Part shown: piece by piece, positions 39,215 through 50,811 of the stretch
Numbering within the stretch: the stretch's first letter is position 1
Layout of the letters: every line of letters starts with the position of its first letter
Assembly: GCA_046290465.1 (NCBI GenBank)
Contig: JBKAGP010000001.1
Location: forward strand, 4,800,001 to 4,864,000
DNA: 64,000 bases
Origin: Planctomycetota bacterium
GTDB lineage: Bacteria > Planctomycetota > UBA1135 > UBA2386
Direction: 5' to 3'
Program-made: the position numbers and the translations under genes
The notes under the pieces: generated by a model
Databases searched by the model: none
Seen by the model: the letters and a program-made list of their open reading frames with translations, nothing else
Told to the model about the DNA's origin: nothing

Positions 39215-40222
39215 ATGCCCGTGCGTCTGCCAACCGTCGTTTCGTTCCTGATCCTGTCCGTCACGTTCGGCTGCGCGTCGGCGCCGACGCCGCCCGAACT
39301 GACGTGGGCGATCGCGATCCACGGCGGCGCCGGCACCATGGATCCCGACGCCCCGCAGGAGCAGCTGCGCGCCTACGAGGACGCGATGACGCGGGCGTTG
39401 GTGCTCGGCAAGGACATGCTGGCCGAAGGCGCGTCTGCGCTCGACGTCTGCGAGTCGGTGGTGCGTTCGCTCGAGGACAACCCGCTGTTCAACGCCGGCA
39501 AGGGCGCGGTCTTCAACGAGCAGGGCGAACACGAACTCGACGCGTCGATCATGGACGGCGCCACGCTGCGCTGCGGTGCGGTCGCCGGCGTGCGCACCGT
39601 CAAGAACCCGATCTCGCTGGCGCGCAAGGTCATGACCGACACGCGCCACGTGCTGTTGGCCGGCGACGGCGCCGAGAAGTTCGCCGACGTGGCCGGCGTC
39701 GCGCGCGTCGACAACCGGCACTTCGACACCGAGCGGCGGCGGCGCGCGCTCGATCGTCTGCTGCAGGAGCGGCAGCGCACCGGCGCGCTGGTGCCGGCCG
39801 ATCGTCGCTACGACTACGGCACCGTCGGCTGCGTCGTGCTCGATCGCGAGGGGCGCCTCGCGGCAGCGACCAGCACCGGCGGCATGACGGCCAAGAAGTG
39901 GGGGCGGGTCGGCGACACGCCGGTCATCGGCGCCGGCAACTACGCCGACGGCTTCGCCGCGATCAGCTGCACGGGCACCGGCGAGGAGTTCATCCGGCAC
40001 GGGGTCGCGCGGTCGGTGACGGCGCGCATGGCGCTGGCCGGCGAGTCGCTCGCGCAGGCGGCCGGCGCGGTCATCCACGACGTGCTGAAGCCGGACGACG
40101 GGGGGCTGATCGCGGTCGATCGAGACGGCAACATCGCGACGCCGTTCAACTCGACCGGCATGTACCGCGGCATGGCCGACTCGCGCGGCTTGTTCCGCGT
40201 CGCGATCTTCCAGGACCGGTAG
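39215..40222 (+). CDS. iaaA: Isoaspartyl peptidase/L-asparaginase (Ntn hydrolase), lipoprotein
   Basis: IAIHGGAG, FNAGKGAVF, ELDASIMDG, GTVG nucleophile, ATSTGG, GRVGDTP; GGAGG RBS. Confidence 0.93.
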   Translation: MPVRLPTVVSFLILSVTFGCASAPTPPELTWAIAIHGGAGTMDPDAPQEQLRAYEDAMTRALVLGKDMLAEGASALDVCESVVRSLEDNPLFNAGKGAVFNEQGEHELDASIMDGATLRCGAVAGVRTVKNPISLARKVMTDTRHVLLAGDGAEKFADVAGVARVDNRHFDTERRRRALDRLLQERQRTGALVPADRRYDYGTVGCVVLDREGRLAAATSTGGMTAKKWGRVGDTPVIGAGNYADGFAAISCTGTGEEFIRHGVARSVTARMALAGESLAQAAGAVIHDVLKPDDGGLIAVDRDGNIATPFNSTGMYRGMADSRGLFRVAIFQDR

Positions 40223-40290
40223 CGGCGCCGTTCCCTTGCCGTCGCTGCCGATGGTCGGTGACCGCCGTGCGCGGCTAGACTAGCGGGGTC

Positions 40291-41664
40291 GTGAAGGGGC
40301 TCGTCTCCATCCTCGCCCTGCTGGCGGCGTTCGCGCTGGTCGCGACGCTGTCGTGGTGCCGCAGCGATCCCGGCGTCGTCGACGCCGGCGGCAGCGGACC
40401 CTCGTCGACGCCCGCGGCAGCACGTCAGGCCGCTCTGGCTTCGGAGCACGAGCGCTCCGCGCCGACCGAACGGGTCGACGTGCACGAGGCTGCGACCGCA
40501 TACCTCGATCCGGTCGCCGTCGTCGGGGCGGGGCCGCACGTGCTCGAGGTCGAGGTCGTCGACGCGCACGGCCGCGCGGCCGTCGGCGCCGAGGTGCTGT
40601 GGCACCAACGTCCGGACGGCGAGCCGGTGGCGACGACGCGGGTGGCGGTCGACGGCCAGAGCCGCGTCGAGGTGTCGCGCGGCCTGCTGTTCGCGCGGGC
40701 GCGGCACCCGGACGTCGGCACCAGCCTGATGCTGGCGCTGTCGACCGAGCATCCGCCGGCGCGCACGCCGAGGCTGGCGCTGTTGCGTCCGTGCCGGATC
40801 GAAGGGGCGCTGTTCGACGAACACGGGGAGCCGGTCGCGGGCGCCGCGGTCCAGCTCGACGGCCGGCTCGGGATCCCGTTCGGGCATGCGGGCGAGTGCG
40901 TGACGCGCTCGTGGGTCCGCTGCGACGCGCACGGCCGCTTCGCGTTCGAGGCGAGCTACGGCACGCACGGCTGGCTGCGGTTCGTCGATCCCGAGGACGC
41001 GGGGCGCAAGGTGGACGTGGCGTTCACGGCCGGCCGCCACCAGCGCGTGCGGCTGCGCCTCGCCACCGGCGGTGAGGTCGTCGGCAGCGCGCTGCCGGCG
41101 GTGCCGGAGCAGGCCCCGACGCCGGTGACGATCGGCGGCGACGTGCGCATCGAGGCGATCGCGCGCGCGGTGCCGGTCGAGCGGCTGCAGGTGTCGTGGC
41201 GGCATCCTCTCGATCGCCCGTACCTGCTGCGCGAGGTCGAACCGAGGCCGTCGCCGCTGCAGTTGGCGAAGGCCGACCTCGACACGTTCGTGTGCTTCTT
41301 GCGGGACCCGGTCAGCGGTTGGTCGAACGGCTTGCTGCCGGGCGAGCTGGCGCGATCCGACACGGTCGCACTGCTGCCGCCGGGGCCGTTCCGCGTGTTG
41401 GTCCACCACGACGGTCGTCCCGCGCGCGGGGTCGATGTCGTGCTGCACCCCGGCGGCCCGTCGCTGCGCGCGGCGGTCGGGGTCGACGGCAACGCATACT
41501 TCGCCAAGGTGCCGGCGGGCCCGGTGCTGATCCATCTGCTGCGCGGCGTCGAACTGCTCGGCGAGCACCGCGCGCGGGTCGGTCCGGACGAACTGGCGAG
41601 CGTCGGGTTGGTCGTCGAACTGGGCGTCGAGGCGGGCGTCGAACTGCGCGGGGAGCCGCGGTGA
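40291..41664 (+). CDS. Membrane-anchored carboxypeptidase-regulatory-like (beta-sandwich repeat) protein
   Basis: VVDAHGRAAVGAEV, GALFDEHGEPVAGAAV, CDAHGRFAF. Confidence 0.72.
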   Translation: MKGLVSILALLAAFALVATLSWCRSDPGVVDAGGSGPSSTPAAARQAALASEHERSAPTERVDVHEAATAYLDPVAVVGAGPHVLEVEVVDAHGRAAVGAEVLWHQRPDGEPVATTRVAVDGQSRVEVSRGLLFARARHPDVGTSLMLALSTEHPPARTPRLALLRPCRIEGALFDEHGEPVAGAAVQLDGRLGIPFGHAGECVTRSWVRCDAHGRFAFEASYGTHGWLRFVDPEDAGRKVDVAFTAGRHQRVRLRLATGGEVVGSALPAVPEQAPTPVTIGGDVRIEAIARAVPVERLQVSWRHPLDRPYLLREVEPRPSPLQLAKADLDTFVCFLRDPVSGWSNGLLPGELARSDTVALLPPGPFRVLVHHDGRPARGVDVVLHPGGPSLRAAVGVDGNAYFAKVPAGPVLIHLLRGVELLGEHRARVGPDELASVGLVVELGVEAGVELRGEPR

Positions 41665-43208
41665 GCCTGCGCGCGCTGCTCGCCGCAGGGTTGGCGGTCC
41701 TGGTCGCGGCCGTCGCGTGGTGGTGCTCGCAGGTGCCGACCGCGGTGCCGCTGGCGTCCGGCTCGGAGCGGGGCGAGCAGCAGGTCGACGCAGCACTGGC
41801 GCGCGGCCGGCTCGATGCGGGGCGTGCCGAACGCTCGCTGCCTCACGACGCGGTCGAACGGCAGCTCGACGTGACGTGGTCGCTGCAGGTCAAGGTGGTG
41901 GACGCGCACGACGACGGCGTCGCGGGCGCGCGGGTCGAGGTCCGTTCGCAGCGCGGTGGCGAGGTCCGCTGCGAGGGGGTGTGCGACGAGACCGGCGCGG
42001 CCCGAATCGACGTGCAGGGCGACGCGGTGTGGGTGCGCTCGCGCGATGCCGACGTCGGCGCGAGCCTGGAGCGGTCGGTCGGGCGCACCGGTCGCAGCTG
42101 CACGCTGGCGCTGCGACGGCCGGTGCGCATGCACGGCTACGCCTTCGGGGTCGACGGCCAGCCGCTGGTCGATGCGCGCGTCGCGATCCGCACCGGCGAG
42201 GAGGGCATCGTCGCGCAGTTCCTCGGTGGCGACGAGCACGTGCCGGCGGTCCCGGCGACGATGCGCACCGATGCCGCGGGTGGTTTTGCGTTCGAGGTCG
42301 CCGCCGGCTGGTCCGGGGTCGCGCGCGTCGAGATCGACTCGGCGGATGGCTGGCCGGACACCGGCACCGTCGCGTTCACGGCGCGTGAGGGGGGCGAGGT
42401 GCTGGTCGGCCTGCCGGGTGCCTTCGTCGTGCGCGGCGTCATCGTCGACGGTCGCGGCGAGGTCGTCGAGGCGGTCGTCGAGGTGCACGCCGTCGACGGC
42501 AGGCAGGTGCTCGGTGACTACCGCAGGGCCGGACGCGACTTCCAGATCGGCATCGCGCCGGGGAAGCGGATCCGGCTCGTGGCGCGCGCCGACCAGGGAG
42601 AGGGCTACGCCGACGTGGTTGCGACGCGCAGCGACCCGCAGCCGCGGGTCGTGATCCGGCTCGGCGAGGGCCGTGCGACCGAACCGCCGTTCCGAGCGAT
42701 CCCCGACGGCGGCGTCGACGTCGTCGCGACCCTGCCCGACGGCAGCGCGCCGCCGGCGTTGCGCCACCGCTGGGTCGACGTCACGTTCGAGCGTTCGCTC
42801 GGGGACCTGCACCGGGTGGAGGGCGGCAGCTTCCACCTCGGCCATGCGCCGAAGCCGCCGGCGCGGCTGTGGGTCAAGTCGCGCGCCGGCGAGGTCGCGA
42901 CCTGGGTGGTCCCGGCCGGTCCGTTGCCTCGGCGCGTCGAGCTGCGTCTGCAGAAGCCGGTCGACGTCGAGATCTCGGTGCTGCACCGCGGCCGGCCGGC
43001 GCGCGGCCTCGACGTCACGCTGTTGGCCTGCGGCACGCGCGAGACCTTTGCGTTGGGGCCGAGCGGCGTCGCGACGTTCACGTGGATCTGCCCCGGCCCG
43101 GCCAAGGCGGTCGTGACGCGCGGCTGGGAGGTCGTCGGCGAGCAGCAGCTGTTCCTCGCCGCCAGCGGCAGCAACCGGGCGACCGTGCACGTCGACCTGT
43201 CGCGCTGA
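41661..43208 (+). CDS. Paralog of the preceding carboxypeptidase-regulatory-like protein
   Basis: VVDAHDDGVAGARVEV, DGQPLVDARV, TDAAGGFAF, VLHRGRPARGLDV; GTGA overlap. Confidence 0.72.
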   Translation: MSLRALLAAGLAVLVAAVAWWCSQVPTAVPLASGSERGEQQVDAALARGRLDAGRAERSLPHDAVERQLDVTWSLQVKVVDAHDDGVAGARVEVRSQRGGEVRCEGVCDETGAARIDVQGDAVWVRSRDADVGASLERSVGRTGRSCTLALRRPVRMHGYAFGVDGQPLVDARVAIRTGEEGIVAQFLGGDEHVPAVPATMRTDAAGGFAFEVAAGWSGVARVEIDSADGWPDTGTVAFTAREGGEVLVGLPGAFVVRGVIVDGRGEVVEAVVEVHAVDGRQVLGDYRRAGRDFQIGIAPGKRIRLVARADQGEGYADVVATRSDPQPRVVIRLGEGRATEPPFRAIPDGGVDVVATLPDGSAPPALRHRWVDVTFERSLGDLHRVEGGSFHLGHAPKPPARLWVKSRAGEVATWVVPAGPLPRRVELRLQKPVDVEISVLHRGRPARGLDVTLLACGTRETFALGPSGVATFTWICPGPAKAVVTRGWEVVGEQQLFLAASGSNRATVHVDLSR

Positions 43209-43326
43209 ACGGCGGCCGTTCGGCGCAGCGTGTGGGCACCGTCGGCTGTCGCGATTCCGGACGCATCGGTCTGGCGGGATGCCTGGACCTGTCCGGATCC
43301 CTGACGCAGGGTGCCGCCGAACGGCA

Positions 43327-43341
43327 TGGCACGGGACTTGG
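43327..43341 (+). promoter_or_regulatory. Possible sigma-54 -24/-12 promoter
   Basis: TGGCAC-GGGAC-TTGG versus consensus TGGCAC-N5-TTGC (mismatch at the conserved C), about 35 nt upstream of ATG 43377. Confidence 0.35.
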
Positions 43342-43376
43342 GAGGGCGGGCCTGGCCACGGGCCCCTGTTTCCAAG

Positions 43377-44870
<1,494 letters not shown>

Positions 44871-44924
44871 TCGATCGGCGCCGCACTCGCCCGCGGCGCG
44901 TCGCGGCTTCGGTCGCGTGCATCC

Positions 44925-47198
44925 ATGGACCACTTGCTCATGATCCTGGCCGTGCTCGCCACCGGCCTGGTGTTGACCGCGCTGGTGCGTCGGCGCGCTG
45001 CGGCGCGTGCCGACGTTCGCAGCCTCGACGACCGTTCGTTGGCGGTCGAGCGGGGCAGCCACCGTGCCCGCCTGCAGCACCCGAGCGTCGACCTCGCCAA
45101 CTGCATCGGCTGCGGGGCCTGCGTGCGTGCCTGCCCCGAAGAAGGCGTGTTGCAGATGGCCTACGGCCAGGCGGTGGTCGTGCACGGTGCCCGTTGCGTC
45201 GGCCACGGCCTCTGTGCGGAGGCCTGTCCGACCTCGGCGATCGCGCTGACGCTCGGCGATCTGTCGTCGCGCCGCGATCTGCCGGCGGTCGACGAACGCA
45301 ACCAGGCCATCGGTGTCGACGGGCTGTTCCTCGCCGGTGAGATCACCGGCTTCGCTCTGGTGCGGACCGCGGTGGCACACGGTGCCGCCGTGGCGGCAGC
45401 GGTGCGCGAACGCGTCGATGCGGACGCTTGCGACGACGACCTCGCCGACCTGGTCGTGCTCGGCGCGGGCCCGGCGGGGCTTTCGTGCCTACTCGCCGCC
45501 AAGGAACTCGGCCTGCACGCGGTCGGCCTCGACCAGGCGGACGAGATCGGCGGAACCGTCGCCGCCTATCCGCGGCGCAAGCTCGTAATGACGCAGCCGA
45601 TGCGTTTGCCGCTGCACGGCCGACTCGATCGACTCGAGTACACGCGGGAACAACTGGTCGAACTGTGGCAGCAGCTCGCGCGGAACCACGACCTGGACGT
45701 GCGGCTGCGTACGACCGTGCAGCGCATCGAGCGGGCGGCCGACGGCTGCTTCGACGTCGTCACCGACGCCGGTCGCCACCGCGCACGCAACGTCTGCCTG
45801 GCGGTCGGCCGACGCGGTACGCCGCGCCGCCTCGCGGTGCCCGGGGAGGAACTGGACAAGGTGGCCTACGCGCTACTGGATGCCGCGAGTTATCGCGATC
45901 GGAACATTCTGGTCGTCGGCGGTGGCGACAGCGCGGTCGAGGCAGCGCTGGCGCTGGCCGAACAACCCGGTAACGAGGTGGTGCTGAGCTACCGCCGCGA
46001 ACACTTCTCGCGCCTGAAGGCGAAGAACGAGCGGCGCATCCTGGCCGCGTTCGAGGACGGGTTGGTGGTCCCACGTCTCGGTACGGCGGTGACCGAGATC
46101 ACGCCGGCCGGCGTCGCCCTGCGCGCCTTCGGTGCGGCGCAGAGTTCCGATGCCCAAGCCGTCGCGACGGTCGCGACCGAGCGGCTGGCCAACGACCATG
46201 TGTTCGTGTTCGCCGGCGGCACACCGCCGTTCCCGATGCTGGAATCGGCTGGCGTCTCGTTCGACGCCAGCCTGCTACGGGAGCGTGAGGCGCGCGTCGA
46301 CCGCGGCGCCGGCCTGCTGGTATCGCTCACGTTCACGCTGGCCGGTCTGCTCGCACTGGTCGCCGTGCGACTCTGCTTCGCCGTCTACTACGATCTTGAG
46401 GTCGCTTGGCGTCCATCGGCGGAACTGCACCCGCTGTTGCGACCGCAGGGCGCGCTCGGCCTCGCTTGTGGCGCAGCAGCGGTGCTGCTGTTCCTGGCCA
46501 ACGTCTGCTACCTGGTGCGTCGCTCGGCGCGCATCGGGCGCAGGTTGCCCGGCACGTTGCGCAGCTGGATGAACGCGCACGTCGCGACCGGCATCGGTGC
46601 CTTCCTGTGCGCGATCGTGCACAGCGCGTACTCGCTCCGGGACAGCGCCGGTGGTCACGCGCTGCTGGCGATGGGCGTCGTCGTGGGCGCCGGCATCGTC
46701 GGGCGCTGGTTCTACGCGTTCGTCCCGCGGGCGCAGAACGGTCGACAGCAGCGCATCGAAGAACTGTCGCAGCGGGTCGCCGCGATCGCGACGGAGTGGG
46801 ACCGCGATGGACGTGGCATGGGCGTTCAGGCTCGTCGCATGGTCGAAGAACTGGTGGACCGCGCCGAGATCGGCCAGACCCTGCCCGGCCGCATCTGGGG
46901 GCTCGTGCGTAGCCAGTGGCAGCTTCGTCGTCGACTCGAACGATTTGCGGCAGCGGCACGCACCCAGGGGGTGCCCACGCACGACATCGCCCGGATGGTG
47001 CGGCTGTCGCGGCGTTCGTTCCGTCTGGCACTGCAGCTTGCCCACTACGACGACCTGCGGGCCCTGCTGTCGACGTGGCGTTGGCTGCACCGCTGGCTGG
47101 CGCTGCTGTTGGCTGCGCTACTGGTCGTACACGTCGTCTCCGCCGTCCGCTACGGCGGTATCGAGTGGCCGACACCCGGAGCGGAGGGTGGTCGATGA
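44925..47198 (+). CDS. 2x[4Fe-4S] ferredoxin + TrxB/FNR-like FAD/NAD(P)H oxidoreductase + putative diheme-b transmembrane domain fusion
   Basis: CIGCGACVRACP, CVGHGLCAEACP; GLFLAGE; GAGPAG; GGGDSA..YRR; TM His pairs WMNAH-x13-H and WRWLH-x13-H. Confidence 0.88.
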   Translation: MDHLLMILAVLATGLVLTALVRRRAAARADVRSLDDRSLAVERGSHRARLQHPSVDLANCIGCGACVRACPEEGVLQMAYGQAVVVHGARCVGHGLCAEACPTSAIALTLGDLSSRRDLPAVDERNQAIGVDGLFLAGEITGFALVRTAVAHGAAVAAAVRERVDADACDDDLADLVVLGAGPAGLSCLLAAKELGLHAVGLDQADEIGGTVAAYPRRKLVMTQPMRLPLHGRLDRLEYTREQLVELWQQLARNHDLDVRLRTTVQRIERAADGCFDVVTDAGRHRARNVCLAVGRRGTPRRLAVPGEELDKVAYALLDAASYRDRNILVVGGGDSAVEAALALAEQPGNEVVLSYRREHFSRLKAKNERRILAAFEDGLVVPRLGTAVTEITPAGVALRAFGAAQSSDAQAVATVATERLANDHVFVFAGGTPPFPMLESAGVSFDASLLREREARVDRGAGLLVSLTFTLAGLLALVAVRLCFAVYYDLEVAWRPSAELHPLLRPQGALGLACGAAAVLLFLANVCYLVRRSARIGRRLPGTLRSWMNAHVATGIGAFLCAIVHSAYSLRDSAGGHALLAMGVVVGAGIVGRWFYAFVPRAQNGRQQRIEELSQRVAAIATEWDRDGRGMGVQARRMVEELVDRAEIGQTLPGRIWGLVRSQWQLRRRLERFAAAARTQGVPTHDIARMVRLSRRSFRLALQLAHYDDLRALLSTWRWLHRWLALLLAALLVVHVVSAVRYGGIEWPTPGAEGGR

Positions 47199-49165
47199 AG
47201 CTCTGGCGTTGGCTGTTGCCAGCCTTGTCGTTGGCTGCCGTGGTCGTCTTCACCTGGTGGGACGTCTCACGGGTGCAGGCCGGTCCGGGACCTCTGCATC
47301 CGGTCCACGCGATGGCGAGCGGGCTCGACCGTGGTGCCAACTGCGCGGGCTGTCACGAGCGCGGTGCGGTGGCCGCCAGCGGTTGCATCGCATGCCACCA
47401 ACCGATCGGCAACCAGCTGAGCACGCATCGCGGCGTTCACGGATCGTTGCCGGCCGCCGCTGCGCGAGCCTGCGGGACCTGCCATTCCGATCACCACGGC
47501 GACCAGCGCCCCCTGCTGCCGACGGTCGCGTTCGTTCGCGCGGGGATCGAGCACGTCGAGGCCTACCGGCACGAACACAATGCGTTCGGGTTGGAAGGTG
47601 TGCACGAGACGCTGGCCTGCGAAGCCTGCCATCCACACGCGCGCGACGAGCATCCGCCCGCCGGTGGACGGTTCCTCGGCAAGTCGCAGCGTTGTGCCTC
47701 CTGCCACAAGGACCCTCACCGAGGTGCGTTCGGTGGCGACTGCGCCGTCTGCCACGTACAGCAGCCAGGCTGGCAGCCGGCGGCGCGCCTACGCCACGAA
47801 CGGTTCGCCTTGGAGCACGGCCACGCAGCCGTCGCCTGCACGGACTGCCACGACGCGGGCGGCGAGCGTTCCGTCTCGCAAGAACTCCAGTCGCAACTGC
47901 CGGTGCGCGTGTGTGCCGACTGCCATGCCAACCCACACGGGACCACGGCGGTTGCGGTTGCGGATCCGTCGGATTGCGCCCGGTGCCACTCGAGCGCGTC
48001 GTTCGGCGGCGTGCTGGCCGCGCCTGATGCGCACGCGGCCCTCGGTCACGAACTGCACGGTGTACACCGCGACGTGTCCTGTCGTTCGTGTCATGGAGAA
48101 CCGGGTGGGCGACCGTCCTGGGGGGCGGGATCCGCACCGACGCCGGCCGACTGTGCGGGCTGCCACGAAGCGCCGCACGATGCGGCGCTGCTGCGCGCGG
48201 CCGACGCGGTCGAGGGAGCCAACGGTTGCGCCGACTGCCACCTCGACTCCGACGCCGGCTTCGAGAGCGGTCGCATCACTCCATCGCTGCATGCGGCCAC
48301 TGGGTTTGCGCTGGCGGCGCCACACGACGAGGTCGCGTGCAGCACGTGCCATGTCGGCGCGACGCGGTCGCTCCGCTTCCCCGACAGACAACCGGGCGAC
48401 TGTCGCGTCTGCCACCCGGGGCCGCACGGAGCGCAGTTCGTGGATGGTGGATCGATGCGGGCCTGCACCGTCTGCCATGCGCGCGACCGCTGGCAGCCGC
48501 ACCACTTCGACGCCAACGCGCATGCGGCCACGTTCCCGCTGACAGGCGCGCACGACGCGGTCGCCTGCACGCTGTGCCACCAACGGGACGACGCTGGCGT
48601 GCGCAGGTTCGTCGGCACGCCGGATGCGTGCGCACACTGTCACGAGGATGTGCACACTGGGCGTTTCGATGCGGAGGGCCTGCCGCGCGAGGTCGACGGC
48701 CGGGACGGTTGCGCCCGTTGCCACGACCCCCGGGGCTTCCGGCAGCTGCGCACGCGGTTCGAGCACGGGCCATGGACGGGTCATCGGCTCGAGGGGGCGC
48801 ACGCGGAGGTTGCGTGCAGTGCCTGCCACGCACGTAGACCTGCGGGCGGCCTTGGCGCCGCTCCGGGCAAGCGTTGCAGCGACTGCCACGACGATGTGCA
48901 CCGCGGCCAGTTCGCCGTTGGCAAGGAGGCGCGGCGGGCGACCGACTGTCGGCGCTGCCACCAGCCGACCAGCTGGCCGGAGATCCGCTTCGACCACGGT
49001 CGCGACAGCCGCTTCCGGCTCGACGCGACCCACCGCCAGCTAGCGTGCTCCAGGTGCCACGTGCCGCGGCAACAGCGCGATGGCAGCACGTTCGTGCGCT
49101 ACCGACCGCTCGGACGCGAATGCGCCGACTGCCATCACTTCGGCGGCAAGGAGTCTGGGCGATGA
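47195..49165 (+). CDS. Multiheme c-type cytochrome, 23 CxxCH motifs
   Basis: Manual count of 23 CxxCH; N-terminal signal/anchor; ATGA overlaps at both ends. Confidence 0.93.
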   Translation: MKLWRWLLPALSLAAVVVFTWWDVSRVQAGPGPLHPVHAMASGLDRGANCAGCHERGAVAASGCIACHQPIGNQLSTHRGVHGSLPAAAARACGTCHSDHHGDQRPLLPTVAFVRAGIEHVEAYRHEHNAFGLEGVHETLACEACHPHARDEHPPAGGRFLGKSQRCASCHKDPHRGAFGGDCAVCHVQQPGWQPAARLRHERFALEHGHAAVACTDCHDAGGERSVSQELQSQLPVRVCADCHANPHGTTAVAVADPSDCARCHSSASFGGVLAAPDAHAALGHELHGVHRDVSCRSCHGEPGGRPSWGAGSAPTPADCAGCHEAPHDAALLRAADAVEGANGCADCHLDSDAGFESGRITPSLHAATGFALAAPHDEVACSTCHVGATRSLRFPDRQPGDCRVCHPGPHGAQFVDGGSMRACTVCHARDRWQPHHFDANAHAATFPLTGAHDAVACTLCHQRDDAGVRRFVGTPDACAHCHEDVHTGRFDAEGLPREVDGRDGCARCHDPRGFRQLRTRFEHGPWTGHRLEGAHAEVACSACHARRPAGGLGAAPGKRCSDCHDDVHRGQFAVGKEARRATDCRRCHQPTSWPEIRFDHGRDSRFRLDATHRQLACSRCHVPRQQRDGSTFVRYRPLGRECADCHHFGGKESGR

Positions 49166-50811
49166 GTCTGGGTGCCTTGCCGCGTGCGTGCATCGTCTGG
49201 TCGCTCGCCGTGGTCGGCGCACTCTCGCAGGAACAGGTGTCGACGCGGGTGGTCGCGGTGCGGGTCGTCAGCGCGACCGCAGACAGCGTCTACCTCGACC
49301 ACGGCCGCGATGTCGGAATCGCGATCGGTGACCGGGTGCTGCTGTTTCCGCCTGGCGGCGGCGACGTGGAGGTCGTCGTGCGTTCGGTCACGCACTCTTC
49401 GGCTCGCTGCGAACCGGCGCCTGGAGTCCCTGTTGCGCCCGTCGGAACGACCGGTGAAGCGGTCGTTCCGAAGACCGCGCCTCGCCAGGATCGCGGGACG
49501 CAGGCTCCGCAGCACGCGCCGTGGGAACGGCCGGTCGCGCCGCGTAGCGCGGACCAGCCGCTGCTCGTGCCGACGTTCGGCCGTCGTCCCGAGGACCGCG
49601 CGACCGAGGTTCGCGGCCGCCTGTTCGGGTTGGCACAGGCCAATCGGGATCGTCAAGGTGGCGACAGCGACTACCTGCTGCTGCGGACCGGGCTGCGGGC
49701 GACCACGGAGAACCTGTTAGGTGCGGCCGACGTCGTGCAGCTCGCCGGCGAGTGGAGCCTGCGTGACGTGTCGATCGAAGGGCGCGAAGGGCAGACCGAC
49801 CAGACTGGCCGGCTCGACCTGGCGTCGGTGTCGCTGGGCACCGAGGACTACGCGCCGGTCGGCTTGCAGGTCGGGCGGTTCCTGTCGCGGCACCTGCCCG
49901 AGATCGGGCTCGTCGACGGCGCCGAGGTCGTGCTGCGCTACGAGGGTGGGCTGCGGGTCGGGGGCGGCGTCGGTGCCTATCCGCGTCCGTATCCGGCGCG
50001 CAATGGGGGCGACGACGTCGGGGTGCATGCGTTCGTCGACTACGTGGCCGACGAGGCGCGTACGTTTGCGGTGGCGCTCGGCGTACAGAAGACCTGGCAT
50101 CGCGGCCGCGCCGATCGTGACCTGGTGGTCGCGCGCGCAGAATGGCGGCCGTCGCGGCGCTGGACGGTGCTCACCAACGCCAGGGTCGACCTCTACACGG
50201 GTGACGAAGCGATCGTGACGTCGAAGGCGGAGCTGACCGAGCTGCTGGCGCAGGTTCAGTGGCGCGGGGATGTCGTCGGGGCGTCGGTGGTCGGCTCGCA
50301 CTTCTCGTGGCCAGAACTGCTGCGTGCCGAGTACCAACTGTTGTCCGCCGAGCTGGTTCGGGACGGCGCGGTCGATCGCGTCGCGCTACGCGGTTGGTGG
50401 CGTCCGGCGGACTGGTGCACTCTTCGGCTGCGCGCCGATCGCTTCGAGGACCAGGCGCGCGACGGCACGTCGGCGCGCGCCGACGCGGAACTGCGCGGCC
50501 TGCTCGGAGAGCGCTCATCGTTGGCGATGGCGGCGTTCCAGAGCGATGGTGGCTACACGTCGGGGCCCGGCGCTTCGGCGATGCTGCGCGAGCAGTTCGC
50601 GGGAGCGCGGCTGCGGCTCGGCTACCGCTGGCATCGCTACTCACTCGACTCGCTCGTGACCGGCCCAGAGACCCGGGTCCGTGAGTCGCTGCAGTTCGGT
50701 TGTTCGTGGCAGCTGTCGGACCGGTGCGACGTCGACGTGCAGGTCGAGCGCTGGTTCGGCGATGGCCAGGACGCGTTCTCGGCCGGCTTGTTCGTGCAAT
50801 GGAGGCTGTGA
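49162..50811 (+). CDS. Putative outer-membrane beta-barrel (porin) with N-terminal small beta domain
   Basis: Signal peptide; alternating amphipathic strands; aromatic C-terminal strand GLFVQWRL; sits between two multiheme cytochromes. Confidence 0.72.
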   Translation: MSLGALPRACIVWSLAVVGALSQEQVSTRVVAVRVVSATADSVYLDHGRDVGIAIGDRVLLFPPGGGDVEVVVRSVTHSSARCEPAPGVPVAPVGTTGEAVVPKTAPRQDRGTQAPQHAPWERPVAPRSADQPLLVPTFGRRPEDRATEVRGRLFGLAQANRDRQGGDSDYLLLRTGLRATTENLLGAADVVQLAGEWSLRDVSIEGREGQTDQTGRLDLASVSLGTEDYAPVGLQVGRFLSRHLPEIGLVDGAEVVLRYEGGLRVGGGVGAYPRPYPARNGGDDVGVHAFVDYVADEARTFAVALGVQKTWHRGRADRDLVVARAEWRPSRRWTVLTNARVDLYTGDEAIVTSKAELTELLAQVQWRGDVVGASVVGSHFSWPELLRAEYQLLSAELVRDGAVDRVALRGWWRPADWCTLRLRADRFEDQARDGTSARADAELRGLLGERSSLAMAAFQSDGGYTSGPGASAMLREQFAGARLRLGYRWHRYSLDSLVTGPETRVRESLQFGCSWQLSDRCDVDVQVERWFGDGQDAFSAGLFVQWRL

